Source: Xanthobacter sp.
Lineage (GTDB): Bacteria > Pseudomonadota > Alphaproteobacteria > Rhizobiales > Xanthobacteraceae
Direction: 5' to 3'
Length of the DNA stretch: 64,000 nt
Assembly: GCA_050252035.1 (NCBI GenBank)
Contig: JBFWLR010000007.1
Span: 73,379 to 137,378, forward strand
The notes beneath the pieces are model-generated. The model was not told where the DNA came from and searched no databases. It worked only from the letters and a program-made list of their open reading frames with translations. This document shows, one piece after another, positions 1-9,750 of this stretch. Numbering within the stretch: the first letter of the stretch is position 1; every line of letters begins with the position of its first letter. The position numbers were made by a program, and so were the translations under genes.

Positions 1-1015
1 GGCGAAAGTTCGCGCTTTTCAGCTTCAAGGTCACGGTGCGGCCGGCAATCTCACCGCGTTTCAGCCGGGCGCTGACTTCTTCCGCAAGCACATACAGCTT
101 CTGTTCCAGCGGACGCAGATCCCGGATATCCGTTTCAAAGGTGGTTTCGGTGGAAACGCTTTTGACGGGCCTGTCCGGGGTCACCTTGCGGCGGTCCTCA
201 CCCCGACACAGCCGGGCTAAACGGAGCCCTTCCATGCCGTAGCGACGCGCCAGTTCCGATGCATCCGCACGTTGGAGATCGGCGATCGTGTGGAAGCCAT
301 CCCGCGCCAGCTTTGCCCCGAAGGCCGCACCCACACCCCAGAGGAAGGTGACGGGCCGGGGGGCGAGGAAGCGCGCGGCCTCAGCCTCTCCAAGCACGGA
401 ATAACCGCGAGGTTTATCGAGATCTGAGGCTGTTTTGGCGAGAAACTTGTTGCTCGCCAGTCCGACGGAAACTGTGATGCCGATCTGCCGCTCAACCTCC
501 TTCGCAAAATGGGCGAGCGTGCGGGCGGGGCTCAGGCCATGGAGGGCTTGGGTGCCGGTCAGATCTAGAAAGGCCTCATCGATGGAGAGCGGCTCGACCA
601 ATGGTGTCAGGGCCTGCATCATGGCGCGCACCTCGCGCCCGGCCTTGCGGTATTTTTCCATGCTGGATGGCAGCACCACCGCTTCGGGGCACAGTTCCAG
701 CGCCTTGAACATGGGCATGGCTGAGCGCACGCCCTTGATGCGGGCGATATAGCAAGCGGTGGCCACCACCCCGCGTTTGCCGCCACCAATGATGAGGGGC
801 ACATCCGCCAGATCCGGATTGTCGCGCTTTTCCACCGAGGCGAAGAAGGCATCACAATCCACATGCGCTATGGCCAGTTGATCAATCTCGGCATGGCGAA
901 CCAGGCGCGGGCTGCCGCATTGCGGACAACGCAAACCCGCCCCGGCATCACCAAGGCAATCGCGGCAAAAGCCGGGGGCAGGAGGATGTGAAGAGGTGTG
1001 CGGGGCCGTTTTCAT
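1..1015 (-). CDS. dinB: DNA polymerase IV (Y-family), runs off the left window edge
   Basis: Manual translation from ATG at 1015: MKTAPH...FCRDC...CPQCGSPRL...[29 protein letters not shown] is the DinB catalytic motif. Absent from the ORF track because its stop lies outside the window. Confidence 0.95.
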   Translation of the reverse strand, partial: MKTAPHTSSHPPAPGFCRDCLGDAGAGLRCPQCGSPRLVRHAEIDQLAIAHVDCDAFFASVEKRDNPDLADVPLIIGGGKRGVVATACYIARIKGVRSAMPMFKALELCPEAVVLPSSMEKYRKAGREVRAMMQALTPLVEPLSIDEAFLDLTGTQALHGLSPARTLAHFAKEVERQIGITVSVGLASNKFLAKTASDLDKPRGYSVLGEAEAARFLAPRPVTFLWGVGAAFGAKLARDGFHTIADLQRADASELARRYGMEGLRLARLCRGEDRRKVTPDRPVKSVSTETTFETDIRDLRPLEQKLYVLAEEVSARLKRGEIAGRTVTLKLKSANFR

Positions 1016-1166
1016 GGGTGTGAGACATATGAGAAGTTCTGCTTCTGTTCATATATCACGCCCCAAAGGATGTGACGGATCTTTCTGCGGTTCCGCCACA
1101 TGGCTTTTGCGGCACATGAATCGCCATGTGAATGACGATTCGCCGGAAGTGTGCCTGTGGAAGGCT

Positions 1167-1493
1167 TCAGTCCGCGCGGGTGATGATGGCATCCGGGTCG
1201 AAACTTGGTGCTAGAATTTCATGCGCCCCGGCAACATGTTCCGGCTTCAGGCCCTGGGCATCTGAAAAAGCGAGCAGCAGGGGTTCATCAGCGAGGATAT
1301 AAGCCAGAATTGCGGCTCCGAAATCCTTCTGGGAAGCGGATTCGCGCAGGGTTTGCGGGGTCAGGCCCGTTTCCCCCATGAAGCGCACGAGGCGCTCCGG
1401 GTCGGAGGCCAGATAGGTCAATGCCGTCGCGGCCAGTTCACGGGCGGCGGCCATATGGGCTTCGGGTCTTTTGGAGGTCTCTTTGATGAGCAT
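1167..1493 (-). CDS. DUF3572 family protein
   Basis: [27 protein letters not shown]...[13 protein letters not shown] pattern; usual divergent neighbour of divK. Confidence 0.8.
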   Translation of the reverse strand: MLIKETSKRPEAHMAAARELAATALTYLASDPERLVRFMGETGLTPQTLRESASQKDFGAAILAYILADEPLLLAFSDAQGLKPEHVAGAHEILAPSFDPDAIITRAD

Positions 1494-1595
1494 TTGCGCT
1501 TCCGCAAGGAATGGGGTCTAGCTTTTCCTATTCCAGCACGTTCGCGGCGCGGTGCGAAGGGTGTACCGGCGCAGACCTTGGAGCAGAGACAGGCT

Positions 1596-1964
1596 ATGGC
1601 GAAAACAGTAATGATCGTGGAAGACAATGAGCTGAACATGAAGCTCTTCCACGACCTTCTGGAAGCCCATGGCTACAGGACGGTGGAAACACGCTCTGGC
1701 GTTGAAGCTGTGGAACTGGCGCGCGAACATCGGCCGGATCTCATCATCATGGATATTCAGTTGCCGGAAATCTCGGGGCTGGATGTGACACGGAATCTGA
1801 AAGCCGACCCGGAGTTGAGGGCGATTCCCGTCGTGGCGGTCACGGCTTTTGCCATGAAGGGTGATGAAGAGCGCATTCGCGCAGGCGGTTGCGAGGCCTA
1901 TCTTTCCAAGCCCATTTCCGTGATGAAGTTTCTTGAAACGGTGCGCGAATTCACTGGTGGCTGA
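1596..1964 (+). CDS. divK: Single-domain cell-cycle response regulator DivK
   Basis: [27 protein letters not shown]...[14 protein letters not shown]...[22 protein letters not shown]. True start is the ATG at 1596 inside ORF 1353..1964. Confidence 0.95.
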   Translation: MAKTVMIVEDNELNMKLFHDLLEAHGYRTVETRSGVEAVELAREHRPDLIIMDIQLPEISGLDVTRNLKADPELRAIPVVAVTAFAMKGDEERIRAGGCEAYLSKPISVMKFLETVREFTGG

Positions 1965-2181
1965 AACCGGGTGACAATGGCCTGCGCTTCTCCGGCCATA
2001 CGGGACATGTGCTTTTTCTTGAAACTGTTTTAGAAAATTGCTTAACAACCCTGTCGGCCACATGCGTCGTGAACGGCCATGACTCTGTTCATGACTCCGG
2101 CTGTGCATTGCGATATGGTGGCGTCAACAGGTGGATGCTGAATGCGGCTTTATCCACCTTAGGGTTTCAAGGGTTTCAGAC

Positions 2182-2295
2182 AACCCTGCGGAGTGCTCAG
2201 GTCCGCCGCATCTCCTGGGTCCGTAGGGTTTGGCCGGTGGGTCAGAGCTTCGGGTGGCCTCCCCGTGCTCCCCACCGGCCAGCCTTTCCCTTTTC
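2182..2295 (+). ncRNA. ecpR1: EcpR1 (SmelC291)-like small RNA
   Basis: Stem-loop 2182-2230 with CAGG-TCCGCCGCATCT-CCTG apex, a second hairpin GGCCGGTGGG...CCCACCGGCC (2232-2280), then a pyrimidine/U-rich tail. Located just downstream of divK. Loop matches my recollection of the EcpR1 seed; ends approximate. Confidence 0.7.
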
Positions 2296-2459
2296 GCTTT
2301 CCTGATAGTTCCAGTCTCGGTATTCCATTTTTGGCATTGTGGTATTCTAGTCCGCATGTATGCGCAAAGTGATGATCTGGCGGCGATAGACAGGGCCCTT
2401 TCCCCGCGCCACGGTATAAGATTGAGCAGGGGATGATCTGAGGGGTGCGGTTCAGCCGT

Positions 2460-3188
2460 TCAGGGGGCTGCAATGCCGCGGAGAATGAGCCTGTCGCCCC
2501 GGAACTCGAATCCATCCAGCCGACGCAGAAAGCTCATGCCCAGAAGGGAACTGCGCAATGCACCGGGCGGGGAGACCAGCGCCGGCACCTGACGCTCCAC
2601 AATGCCGCCAACGATGATGTTGTCCAGCACAACGGCTGCGGCTCTCACGCGGCCATTGGCCGTATCAACGGGGATGTCATAGGTCAGGAATTCCAGTGGC
2701 AGCCCTGCTTCGCGGGCATCATCCTGAGTAAGAACGACGGAGGATGCGCCGGTATCCACCAGCATGGTGAGGCTGGCCCCATTGATGGTTGCATGGACCG
2801 AGAAACCGCCACCACTGGAACGGGTGATCTCGACCATTTCCAGCGGGCCTGTGCCGGAACTTACGACATAACCGGGCACGAGTTCGCCCATCACCCGCTC
2901 GCCAACCGCACGCATCTGATCGCGATAGGTGTAGACAACAGCGAGCAAGGCGGCGATGAGGCACCAGAACAGGGCGGCCTTCAGTGATTTCATCATGCGG
3001 CTGTGCCAGCCGCCCCAAATGCCCGCACCAATGAAAATGGCAATGGAGAGCAGCACGACCATCTGGCCGAACTGGTCAAGGCCCAGCCCGGCGATCTCGC
3101 CTTCTTTATGATGGGTGACAAGAAGCACCAGCCCAACCAGAAGCCCGAGAAGAAGCACCAGCAGAAGGCGATCTCCGCCGCGTCTCAT
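2460..3188 (-). CDS. Clan AA aspartic protease, TIGR02281-like, membrane anchored
   Basis: MLVDTGASSVVLT catalytic motif, SLLGMSFL motif, N-terminal TM helices. Confidence 0.9.
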   Translation of the reverse strand: MRRGGDRLLLVLLLGLLVGLVLLVTHHKEGEIAGLGLDQFGQMVVLLSIAIFIGAGIWGGWHSRMMKSLKAALFWCLIAALLAVVYTYRDQMRAVGERVMGELVPGYVVSSGTGPLEMVEITRSSGGGFSVHATINGASLTMLVDTGASSVVLTQDDAREAGLPLEFLTYDIPVDTANGRVRAAAVVLDNIIVGGIVERQVPALVSPPGALRSSLLGMSFLRRLDGFEFRGDRLILRGIAAP

Positions 3189-3442
3189 TAGGGTGCCGCC
3201 TTTTCATCGGCCTGTTCCGCCGCAAGCCGAGCAAGCCGTGCGGGAAGCTCCGCCATGATGCGGCTACGTTCTTCAGGATTGAAGCTGGACCAGTTGGCGA
3301 TTTCCATCAACCTGCGTCCGCAGGCCCGGCACAGGGTGCGGTCATCTGTCAGTTCGCAGATGTTGAGGCAGGGGCTTTCAATGGTTTCCGGCACATATGT
3401 GTCTGAAGATGTCATGGGCTGGATGGGCTCCGATCCATTCAT
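3188..3442 (-). CDS. DUF1289 family protein
   Basis: IESPCLNICEL...LCRACGRRLMEIANW motif; stop overlaps the protease ATG. Confidence 0.85.
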   Translation of the reverse strand: MNGSEPIQPMTSSDTYVPETIESPCLNICELTDDRTLCRACGRRLMEIANWSSFNPEERSRIMAELPARLARLAAEQADEKAAP

Positions 3443-3446
3443 TTCA

Positions 3447-4238
3447 TCAGGCGTAGATAAGCACAGCCAGCAGGAAGACAATCTCGCTGATTTGCTGGGT
3501 CGCCCCGGAAACATCACCCGTCTGCCCGCCCAGCAGGCGTCGGGAAAAGCCGACCATCACATAAAGGGACAGTACCAGACCCAGTAGCCCGGAAAAGGCT
3601 GCGCCAACCCCATAAAGTGGTACCAGAATGGCGATGACGGTCAGGGCTGCCATCAGCAGGCAGGCCATGGCAGCCCGAGCGGAAGGCTGGCCGAAGGATG
3701 CGGATGCACCGTCCATGCGGGCCGGCGGCAGGGCGCGCAAAAGGGCGATGCCCATGGCGCGCGATGATGCTGCCGCAGCAACAAGTACAAGCCCGGCTCG
3801 CGCAGGGTCGCTCGCCACTATCAGGGCCGAGATCGCTCCCACGCGCAGCAGGAGCGAAAGCACCAACGCCACAGCGCCAAAGCTGCCCACGCGACTGTCC
3901 CGCATGATGGCGAGGCGTTTTTCCTTGTCCCGTCCTCCGCCCCAGCCATCGGCTGTATCTGCCAGCCCGTCTTCATGAATGGCGCCACTGGCCAGCACCA
4001 TCACGCTCAGAGCCAGAGCGGCGCACAGATAGGGTGGAAAGCTCAGTGCCACGGCAACCACCAGCATGATTGCACCAAGAGCCCCCATCGCGGCACCAGC
4101 CAGGGGAATGGCGTAAGCGAGCTGGTCCATATCCGGTGGGCCATAGGCATCTGCACCATTCGCACGGCTGGGAATAGGCAGGCGCGAATAGAAGCGCAGC
4201 GCTGAAAGCGTATCCTGGATAATCCGATCCAGCGTCAT
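3447..4238 (-). CDS. cobS: Adenosylcobinamide-GDP ribazoletransferase (cobalamin synthase)
   Basis: SGAIHEDGLADTADG, IMRDSRVGSFG and GGQTGDVSGA motifs. Confidence 0.95.
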   Translation of the reverse strand: MTLDRIIQDTLSALRFYSRLPIPSRANGADAYGPPDMDQLAYAIPLAGAAMGALGAIMLVVAVALSFPPYLCAALALSVMVLASGAIHEDGLADTADGWGGGRDKEKRLAIMRDSRVGSFGAVALVLSLLLRVGAISALIVASDPARAGLVLVAAAASSRAMGIALLRALPPARMDGASASFGQPSARAAMACLLMAALTVIAILVPLYGVGAAFSGLLGLVLSLYVMVGFSRRLLGGQTGDVSGATQQISEIVFLLAVLIYA

Positions 4239-4508
4239 GTGAGGTCCATCGCGAAGGTGAGGGGAAGCCCATCGGTGCGCGGTGCCTTACATTCCACAGG
4301 GGAGATGTAACGCGCTATTGGGCGGCGCGAAAATACCTGTCCCTTAGGGCCCGAAATAAGAGCGTCGTCAAGATCGGCGCATGTCTCATCGGGGCGTATG
4401 TGAGGTGTGGATCTGCTATGGCGCAAGGTGGAGGGGACATGCACCGGGTTGTGTTTTTGCCACAATCCAGGCCGGAAAGTGGGGAAGACGTGTTCCGGGA
4501 GTGCTCCC

Positions 4509-4524
4509 TTAAGGTGACGTTTAC
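4509..4524 (+). promoter_or_regulatory. CtrA-like box
   Basis: TTAA-GGTGACG-TTTAC, one mismatch to TTAA-N7-TTAAC, ~55 bp upstream of the LysM/M23 gene. Confidence 0.45.
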
Positions 4525-4577
4525 GCCTGCCCTTTCTAATGGGCTCATGTTCTTTTGTGGCGTGCGAGTGCGGGCAT

Positions 4578-5792
4578 ATGCGTAATTCAGACGGAACCAG
4601 GGGGCGTAAAGTCTTTGCGCGAGTGGCCGTACTTGGCCTCGTTTCCGGTGCTATCGCCGGATGCAGCTCGGATGTGAGCCGTTTTGGTGCGGGTGGCAAC
4701 CAGGCTGGCGCTTATTCCGCTCCCGAAGTGACAGGTTCACTTGGTGCAGGAAACTCTGCGCAAAACTATGGTGCACCTGCCTATGGCAACCAGCAATATG
4801 GTGCGCAGGGCTATGGCAGCCAGGCGGCATCCTATGCCTCCGCGGCTGTTCCCCGGCAAGGTTATGGCTCCAATTATGTCACGACGCATGTGGTGCAGCA
4901 GGGTGAAACCCTGAACTCCATCGCGCAGCGTTATGGCGTGCAGGCCTCTGCGTTGGAAACAGCCAATAACATGACAGGCGGCTATGGCTTGCGTGCGGGC
5001 CAGAATCTGATCATTCCTCAGATTGCGGCTGCTACAGCGCCCTTCCAGTCTGCTGCGCAGAATCTGAATCAGGGTGTGAGTAATGCGCAGTCCCAGATGC
5101 GGACTGCAGCGACGACAGCGACGACGTCCGCAACTACGGCTGCGACCAGCACAATGGGTGCGCCAGCATCGACGCTGGGCGCGCAGGCTGCCGCCATTGT
5201 GCCGGCGGCTGTCGCGGCGACAACGGCTATGCCGGTTCCCTCAACCCGCCCGACTGTCGCGGCCACGCAGGCCGCTGTGACAACGGCTGCGACCACGGCC
5301 GGTACGGCTGCCATTGCCCGCACGGAAGTACCGGCGCCGGCGGAAACCGCAGCCAAGGTGACTGAAGCCGTGAGTACGGTGGAGGATGAGCCGCGCAAGG
5401 CCGGTGTCAGCGGTCCCCAATTCCGTGCGCCGGTGCGTGGGCGTGTGATTGCGTCCTTCGGACCCAAGCCGGGGGGTACGCGCAATGAAGGTGTGAACTT
5501 CGCCGTGCCGGAGGGAACCTCCGTGCGTTCCGCGGAAGATGGCGTCGTGGCCTATGCCGGCAATGAGCTGAAGGGGTATGGCAATCTTGTGCTGGTGAAG
5601 CATGCGGATGGTTATGTCACCGCCTATGCCCACAATAGCGAGCTGACCGTGAAGCGTGGCGACAAGGTGCGTCGCGGCCAGATCATCGCCAAGGCCGGGC
5701 AGAGCGGAAATGTCCAGTCTCCGCAGCTCCATTTCGAGATCCGCAAGGGCTCGAAGGCGGTTGATCCCAGCCAGTATGTGGCCGGTCTCTGA
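4578..5792 (+). CDS. nlpD: LysM + M23 peptidase-family lipoprotein (NlpD/DipM-like)
   Basis: Lipobox-like AIAGC, Tyr-Gly repeats, LysM (HVVQQGETLNSIAQRYGV), Ala/Thr linker, M23 domain (NEGVN...GYGNLVLVKH...YAH...PQLHFEIR). NEG in place of HxxxD suggests a degenerate LytM. Confidence 0.88.
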   Translation: MRNSDGTRGRKVFARVAVLGLVSGAIAGCSSDVSRFGAGGNQAGAYSAPEVTGSLGAGNSAQNYGAPAYGNQQYGAQGYGSQAASYASAAVPRQGYGSNYVTTHVVQQGETLNSIAQRYGVQASALETANNMTGGYGLRAGQNLIIPQIAAATAPFQSAAQNLNQGVSNAQSQMRTAATTATTSATTAATSTMGAPASTLGAQAAAIVPAAVAATTAMPVPSTRPTVAATQAAVTTAATTAGTAAIARTEVPAPAETAAKVTEAVSTVEDEPRKAGVSGPQFRAPVRGRVIASFGPKPGGTRNEGVNFAVPEGTSVRSAEDGVVAYAGNELKGYGNLVLVKHADGYVTAYAHNSELTVKRGDKVRRGQIIAKAGQSGNVQSPQLHFEIRKGSKAVDPSQYVAGL

Positions 5793-5812
5793 GAGCCGGG
5801 GAATCTGATGGG

Positions 5813-5838
5813 CGGCCGGGGTAAACCCGGCCGTTTTT
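5813..5838 (+). terminator. Rho-independent terminator
   Basis: CGGCCGGG-gtaaa-CCCGGCCG-TTTTT after the nlpD stop. Confidence 0.8.
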
Positions 5839-6007
5839 ATTTGGCAGGCTGAGTTCTGACGTCTCATCGCCCGTGGGCACTGACGCTTGACGCTGTACGG
5901 GCGTGATTCATACGATCCATTCAATCATGGCCGCTGGCGGGATTGGACCGCACGCGGCAAAGCTGTCGGTGACAGGGCCTTCATCACCGATCTGGCAGAG
6001 GCAAGGC

Positions 6008-7021
6008 ATGACATCACGAGCCTTTATTGCAGGTTGTTCCGGTTTGCGCCTCACGGTGGACGAGCGGGATTTCTTTGCCTCCAGCAATCCGTGGGGGTTC
6101 ATCCTTTTTGCGCGGAATGTGGAAACGCCGGATCAGGTGCGGGCTCTGGTCGCCGAGATGCGTGCCGCCGTGGGCTGGAAAGCCCCGGTGCTCATTGATC
6201 AGGAAGGGGGGCGGGTTCAGCGCCTGCGTGCACCGCACTGGCCGGAATATCCGCCTGCGGAACTGTTCGGTGCGCTTTACCAGAAAAACAAGGCTCATGG
6301 TCTGGAAGCTGTGCGCCTGAATTCCCGCGCCATTGCATCGGATCTGTTTGCGCTCGGCATTGATGTGGACTGCCTGCCCGTGGTGGATCTGCGCCATCCG
6401 GATGGGCATGGCATCATTGGCAATCGCGCCTATGGGGAAACGGTGAAGGTTGTTTCCGCCCTTGCCCGCGCCGCAGCCGAAGGACTGATGGAAGGCGGAG
6501 TTCTGCCTGTCATCAAGCACATTCCCGGCCATGGTCGTGCGCCGGTGGACAGCCATGAAAAACTGCCTGTGGTGACTGCCAGCCGGGATGAACTGGAAAA
6601 AGCGGATTTCGCCGCCTTCCAGCCGCTGGCAGATCTGCCGATGGCCATGACGGCCCATGTTGTCTATGCTGATCTGGACCCTGACGCACCAGCGACCACA
6701 TCGCCCCTGATGATTGGTGAGATCATTCGTGGACAGATCGGTTTTGATGGGCTGCTGATGAGTGACGACCTCTCCATGGGTGCGTTGGCCGGTGACATGG
6801 CCACCCGTTGCCAGAGCGCCATTGCGGCCGGCTGTGACATGCTGCTTCACTGCAATGGCAAGATGGCGGAGATGGAAGTGGTGGCCGGCCATGCACCACT
6901 TCTGGAGGGGCAGGCGGGCGAACGAGCCGAGCGTGCGCTGGGTTTCCGGCGCGCTCCTGAGCCTGTCGATGGCGTGACACTGCGCGCCCAGCTGGTGCGG
7001 CTTCTTGGAGTTTCAGCCTGA
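6008..7021 (+). CDS. nagZ: Beta-N-acetylhexosaminidase
   Basis: IDQEGGRVQRL and VIKHIPGHG...DSH motifs; start MTSRAFIAG. Confidence 0.95.
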   Translation: MTSRAFIAGCSGLRLTVDERDFFASSNPWGFILFARNVETPDQVRALVAEMRAAVGWKAPVLIDQEGGRVQRLRAPHWPEYPPAELFGALYQKNKAHGLEAVRLNSRAIASDLFALGIDVDCLPVVDLRHPDGHGIIGNRAYGETVKVVSALARAAAEGLMEGGVLPVIKHIPGHGRAPVDSHEKLPVVTASRDELEKADFAAFQPLADLPMAMTAHVVYADLDPDAPATTSPLMIGEIIRGQIGFDGLLMSDDLSMGALAGDMATRCQSAIAAGCDMLLHCNGKMAEMEVVAGHAPLLEGQAGERAERALGFRRAPEPVDGVTLRAQLVRLLGVSA

Positions 7022-7023
7022 CG

Positions 7024-7851
7024 ATGCAGGATGATGACGACACCTTTGACCTTTCGGGTGAAGATCGCCCCGAAAATGCGGGAGAAGGTGCGTTCGTCGT
7101 CGATCTGGAGGGCTTTGAAGGTCCGCTCGATCTCCTGCTGACGCTCGCGCGCACACAGAAGGTGGACCTGACGCATATTTCCATTCTTGCGCTGGTTGAC
7201 CAATATATCGCGTTCATCGAGCAGGCACGCCGGGGGCGGCTGGAGCTGGCGGCGGATTATCTGGTGATGGCCGCCTGGCTGGCATATCTCAAATCCCGCC
7301 TGCTGTTGCCGGCGCCTCCGCAGGAGGAGGGGCCAAGCGCGGAAGAGATGGCCGCCGCCATTACCCGGCGTCTGCGCCATCTGGAGCGTATCCGCATTGC
7401 CGGTGCGCGGCTGATGGCGCGTGAGCAGACAGGGCGCGACAGATTCACGCGGGTGGTACCGGTGGCCGAAGCCGGGGAGGGGCATTCCGTGATCTACACG
7501 GCCTCCCTGTTCGATCTGCTTTCCGCCTATGCCCGGCAAAGACAGACCCAGGTGCTTTCCTCTGTCACGCTGAAGATGCGGGCTGTCTGGTCGCTCGCGG
7601 ATGCGCGGGCGCGACTGGAGCGGTTGTTGGGTGCAGAGGTTCTGGCGGACTGGATGCGGCTGGATCAGTTCCTTCTGGAATATTGCACGACACCCGAGCA
7701 GCGCACTACGGCGATAGCTTCCAGCTTTTCCGCCAGCCTTGAAATGGTTCGGGAGGGGGTGCTGGATATTCGGCAGGATGCACCGTTTGCACCGCTCTGG
7801 CTGCGGGCAAAGCTGCAGCCGGTTGAAGCTGCGCGCGGGGAAGAGGCATGA
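7024..7851 (+). CDS. scpA: Segregation and condensation protein A
   Basis: FEGPLDLLLTLARTQKVDL...ADYLVMAAWLAYLKSRLLLP. Confidence 0.95.
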   Translation: MQDDDDTFDLSGEDRPENAGEGAFVVDLEGFEGPLDLLLTLARTQKVDLTHISILALVDQYIAFIEQARRGRLELAADYLVMAAWLAYLKSRLLLPAPPQEEGPSAEEMAAAITRRLRHLERIRIAGARLMAREQTGRDRFTRVVPVAEAGEGHSVIYTASLFDLLSAYARQRQTQVLSSVTLKMRAVWSLADARARLERLLGAEVLADWMRLDQFLLEYCTTPEQRTTAIASSFSASLEMVREGVLDIRQDAPFAPLWLRAKLQPVEAARGEEA

Positions 7852-8564
7852 AGCGCCCAATCCCCCGTATCGACCTGTTCGATGTGCGCCCGGATGATGA
7901 GCGCGCCTTTGTGTTTGCACAGGATCTGCGGATCATCGAGGCGCGTCTCTTCACCTCTGCCGAGCCGCTGACGTCCGCAGCCCTGCGACCGCATTTATCC
8001 GCAAAGGCGGATGTCGAAGCCCTGATGGAAGCCCTGCAGCGTGATTATGCCCCAAGAGGGGTGAATCTGCTGCGTGTGGCAGGTGGCTGGATGTTATGCA
8101 CAGCTCCGGACCTTGCGCCGGTGCTCAATGAGCAGGCACCGGAACAGCGCAAACTCTCCCGTGCAGCGATAGAAGTGCTGGCGATCATCGCCTATCACCA
8201 ACCTGTGACACGTGCGGAAATTGAAGAGATCCGGGGTGTTTCCACCTCCCGTGGCACGCTGGATGTGCTGCTGGAGACGGGCTGGATCCGCTTGCGGGGG
8301 CGGCGCAGAACACCCGGAAGACCGGTGACTTATGGCACGACGCCGGCCTTTCTGGTGCAGTTCGGGCTGGACAATGTCCAGGATCTGCCGGGCCTTGATG
8401 AACTGAAAGGGGCTGGGCTTCTGGATGGGCGCATTCCTGCCGGTTTTTCCATCCCTCTGCCTTCAGATGATCCTCAATTGCAGGAAGATGAGGAGCCGGT
8501 GGAGCCAGAGCCGCTGGATTTCACCCTTTCACCACTGCCTGCGCACGAAGAAGGTGAAAACTGA
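7848..8564 (+). CDS. scpB: Segregation and condensation protein B
   Basis: LSRAAIEVLAIIAYHQPVTRAEIEEIRGV...GRPVTYGTT. Confidence 0.95.
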   Translation: MKRPIPRIDLFDVRPDDERAFVFAQDLRIIEARLFTSAEPLTSAALRPHLSAKADVEALMEALQRDYAPRGVNLLRVAGGWMLCTAPDLAPVLNEQAPEQRKLSRAAIEVLAIIAYHQPVTRAEIEEIRGVSTSRGTLDVLLETGWIRLRGRRRTPGRPVTYGTTPAFLVQFGLDNVQDLPGLDELKGAGLLDGRIPAGFSIPLPSDDPQLQEDEEPVEPEPLDFTLSPLPAHEEGEN

Positions 8565-8707
8565 GGCGTGTTGCCCCATATTTGTGCAATTGATGAAACA
8601 GCTTGTCAGGTGTCCTTGTTTTCGCCTTTTCGCATGCTTAGTGTCTGTATCTGAAGAGTCCCAGCCGATGTGCGGCGGGAGCAAGTTACCTCTCGGAGGA
8701 AGACGGG

Positions 8708-8953
8708 ATGGGTTCACTGAGCATCTGGCACTGGGTGATCGTGCTGGTCGTGGTGCTCCTGCTGTTTGGTCGCGGCAAGATTTCCGATCTGATGGGCGAC
8801 GTGGCAAAGGGTATCAAGTCCTTCAAGAAGGGCCTTGCTGACGACGAGGATCAGGACAAGCCAGCCGCAGGCAACAGCGCTGAGAGCGCCGAGCCGCGCC
8901 CCCTTCCGCATCAGGCGACCAAGAGTGCCGAGGCGGAGAAGAAGCCGGTCTGA
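8708..8953 (+). CDS. tatA: Twin-arginine translocase TatA
   Basis: [42 protein letters not shown]. Confidence 0.97.
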   Translation: MGSLSIWHWVIVLVVVLLLFGRGKISDLMGDVAKGIKSFKKGLADDEDQDKPAAGNSAESAEPRPLPHQATKSAEAEKKPV

Positions 8954-9029
8954 TTGTTGCACATGCGGAACTATCGCATGTGCGAAACCCGTGTAAGGAG
9001 CGCGGCTGAGCCGCGGGCTTGAGGCGCAA

Positions 9030-9737
9030 ATGTTCGAGATCGGCTGGTCTGAATTATTGCTGGTCGGGAGCGTGGCGCTGATTGTCATCGGCCCGAAAGA
9101 ACTGCCCACGGTCCTGCGGACCGTGGGGCGCACCGTGACCAAGGTGCGCCGCATGGCTGGCGATTTTCAAAGCCAGTTTCAGGATGCGCTGCGCGAGGCC
9201 GATATGCAGGATGTCGCCAAGGATATTTCCTCCATTGCGCAAACAGCCCGTAATACGGCTTCCCCCAAGGCGCTGTTCGATCCCCTGAACAATATCCGCG
9301 ATGAAATCCGCTCCACGGTGGCGGGAGCGGGTGCAGCTGTTGCATCCATTCCGGCCGCGGTGGAAGCGTCCGCGCAGACATCTGCTGACACCCAGGCTGC
9401 AGAAAGCAAGGTTGCAGATGCGACCGTTGAGACACCGGAAAACGCGGCTTTGCAGGATATGCGTGATGAAATTCGCAAGGCCATGGGGGGGCGCGAGACA
9501 GCGGGGAACCAGACGATCGCAAGTGCGACGGGGCAGGAAGTGGACGCTTTTGCTACACTTCCCGCAAGTGATGCGCTGGAGGATTTGCTGCCTCCTCCAC
9601 CAGCTTCTCCCGTCGAAATGGTTCCTCTGGATCCGCCTGTTGCAGAGGAACCAGCCCCCATTTTGAAAGCGGCGCCTGATCCAAATATGGACAGGCCGGC
9701 GGAAGACAACCTCTCAGACCACCCTAAGGCATCGTGA
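9030..9737 (+). CDS. tatB: Twin-arginine translocase TatB
   Basis: [26 protein letters not shown]; long C-terminal tail. Confidence 0.95.
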   Translation: MFEIGWSELLLVGSVALIVIGPKELPTVLRTVGRTVTKVRRMAGDFQSQFQDALREADMQDVAKDISSIAQTARNTASPKALFDPLNNIRDEIRSTVAGAGAAVASIPAAVEASAQTSADTQAAESKVADATVETPENAALQDMRDEIRKAMGGRETAGNQTIASATGQEVDAFATLPASDALEDLLPPPPASPVEMVPLDPPVAEEPAPILKAAPDPNMDRPAEDNLSDHPKAS

Positions 9738-9750
9738 GCTATCCTCTCCC

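Noticed and set aside
2030-2046. CtrA box upstream of the EcpR1-like RNA
   Set aside because: Only one TTAAC half-site; spacing to TTAG is 8, not 7.
2100-4560. Cobalamin riboswitch near cobS
   Set aside because: No B12-box or GGGAA...CCCCGCAACTGT core on either strand; the structured RNA at ~2.2 kb fits EcpR1 better and lacks the SRP GGAAGGAAGCAGC motif.
4235-4699. 154-aa minus-strand ORF upstream of cobS
   Set aside because: No motifs; overlaps the nlpD start and promoter; not cobT.
6847-7920. 357-aa antisense ORF
   Set aside because: Shadow of nagZ/scpA/scpB in GC-rich DNA.
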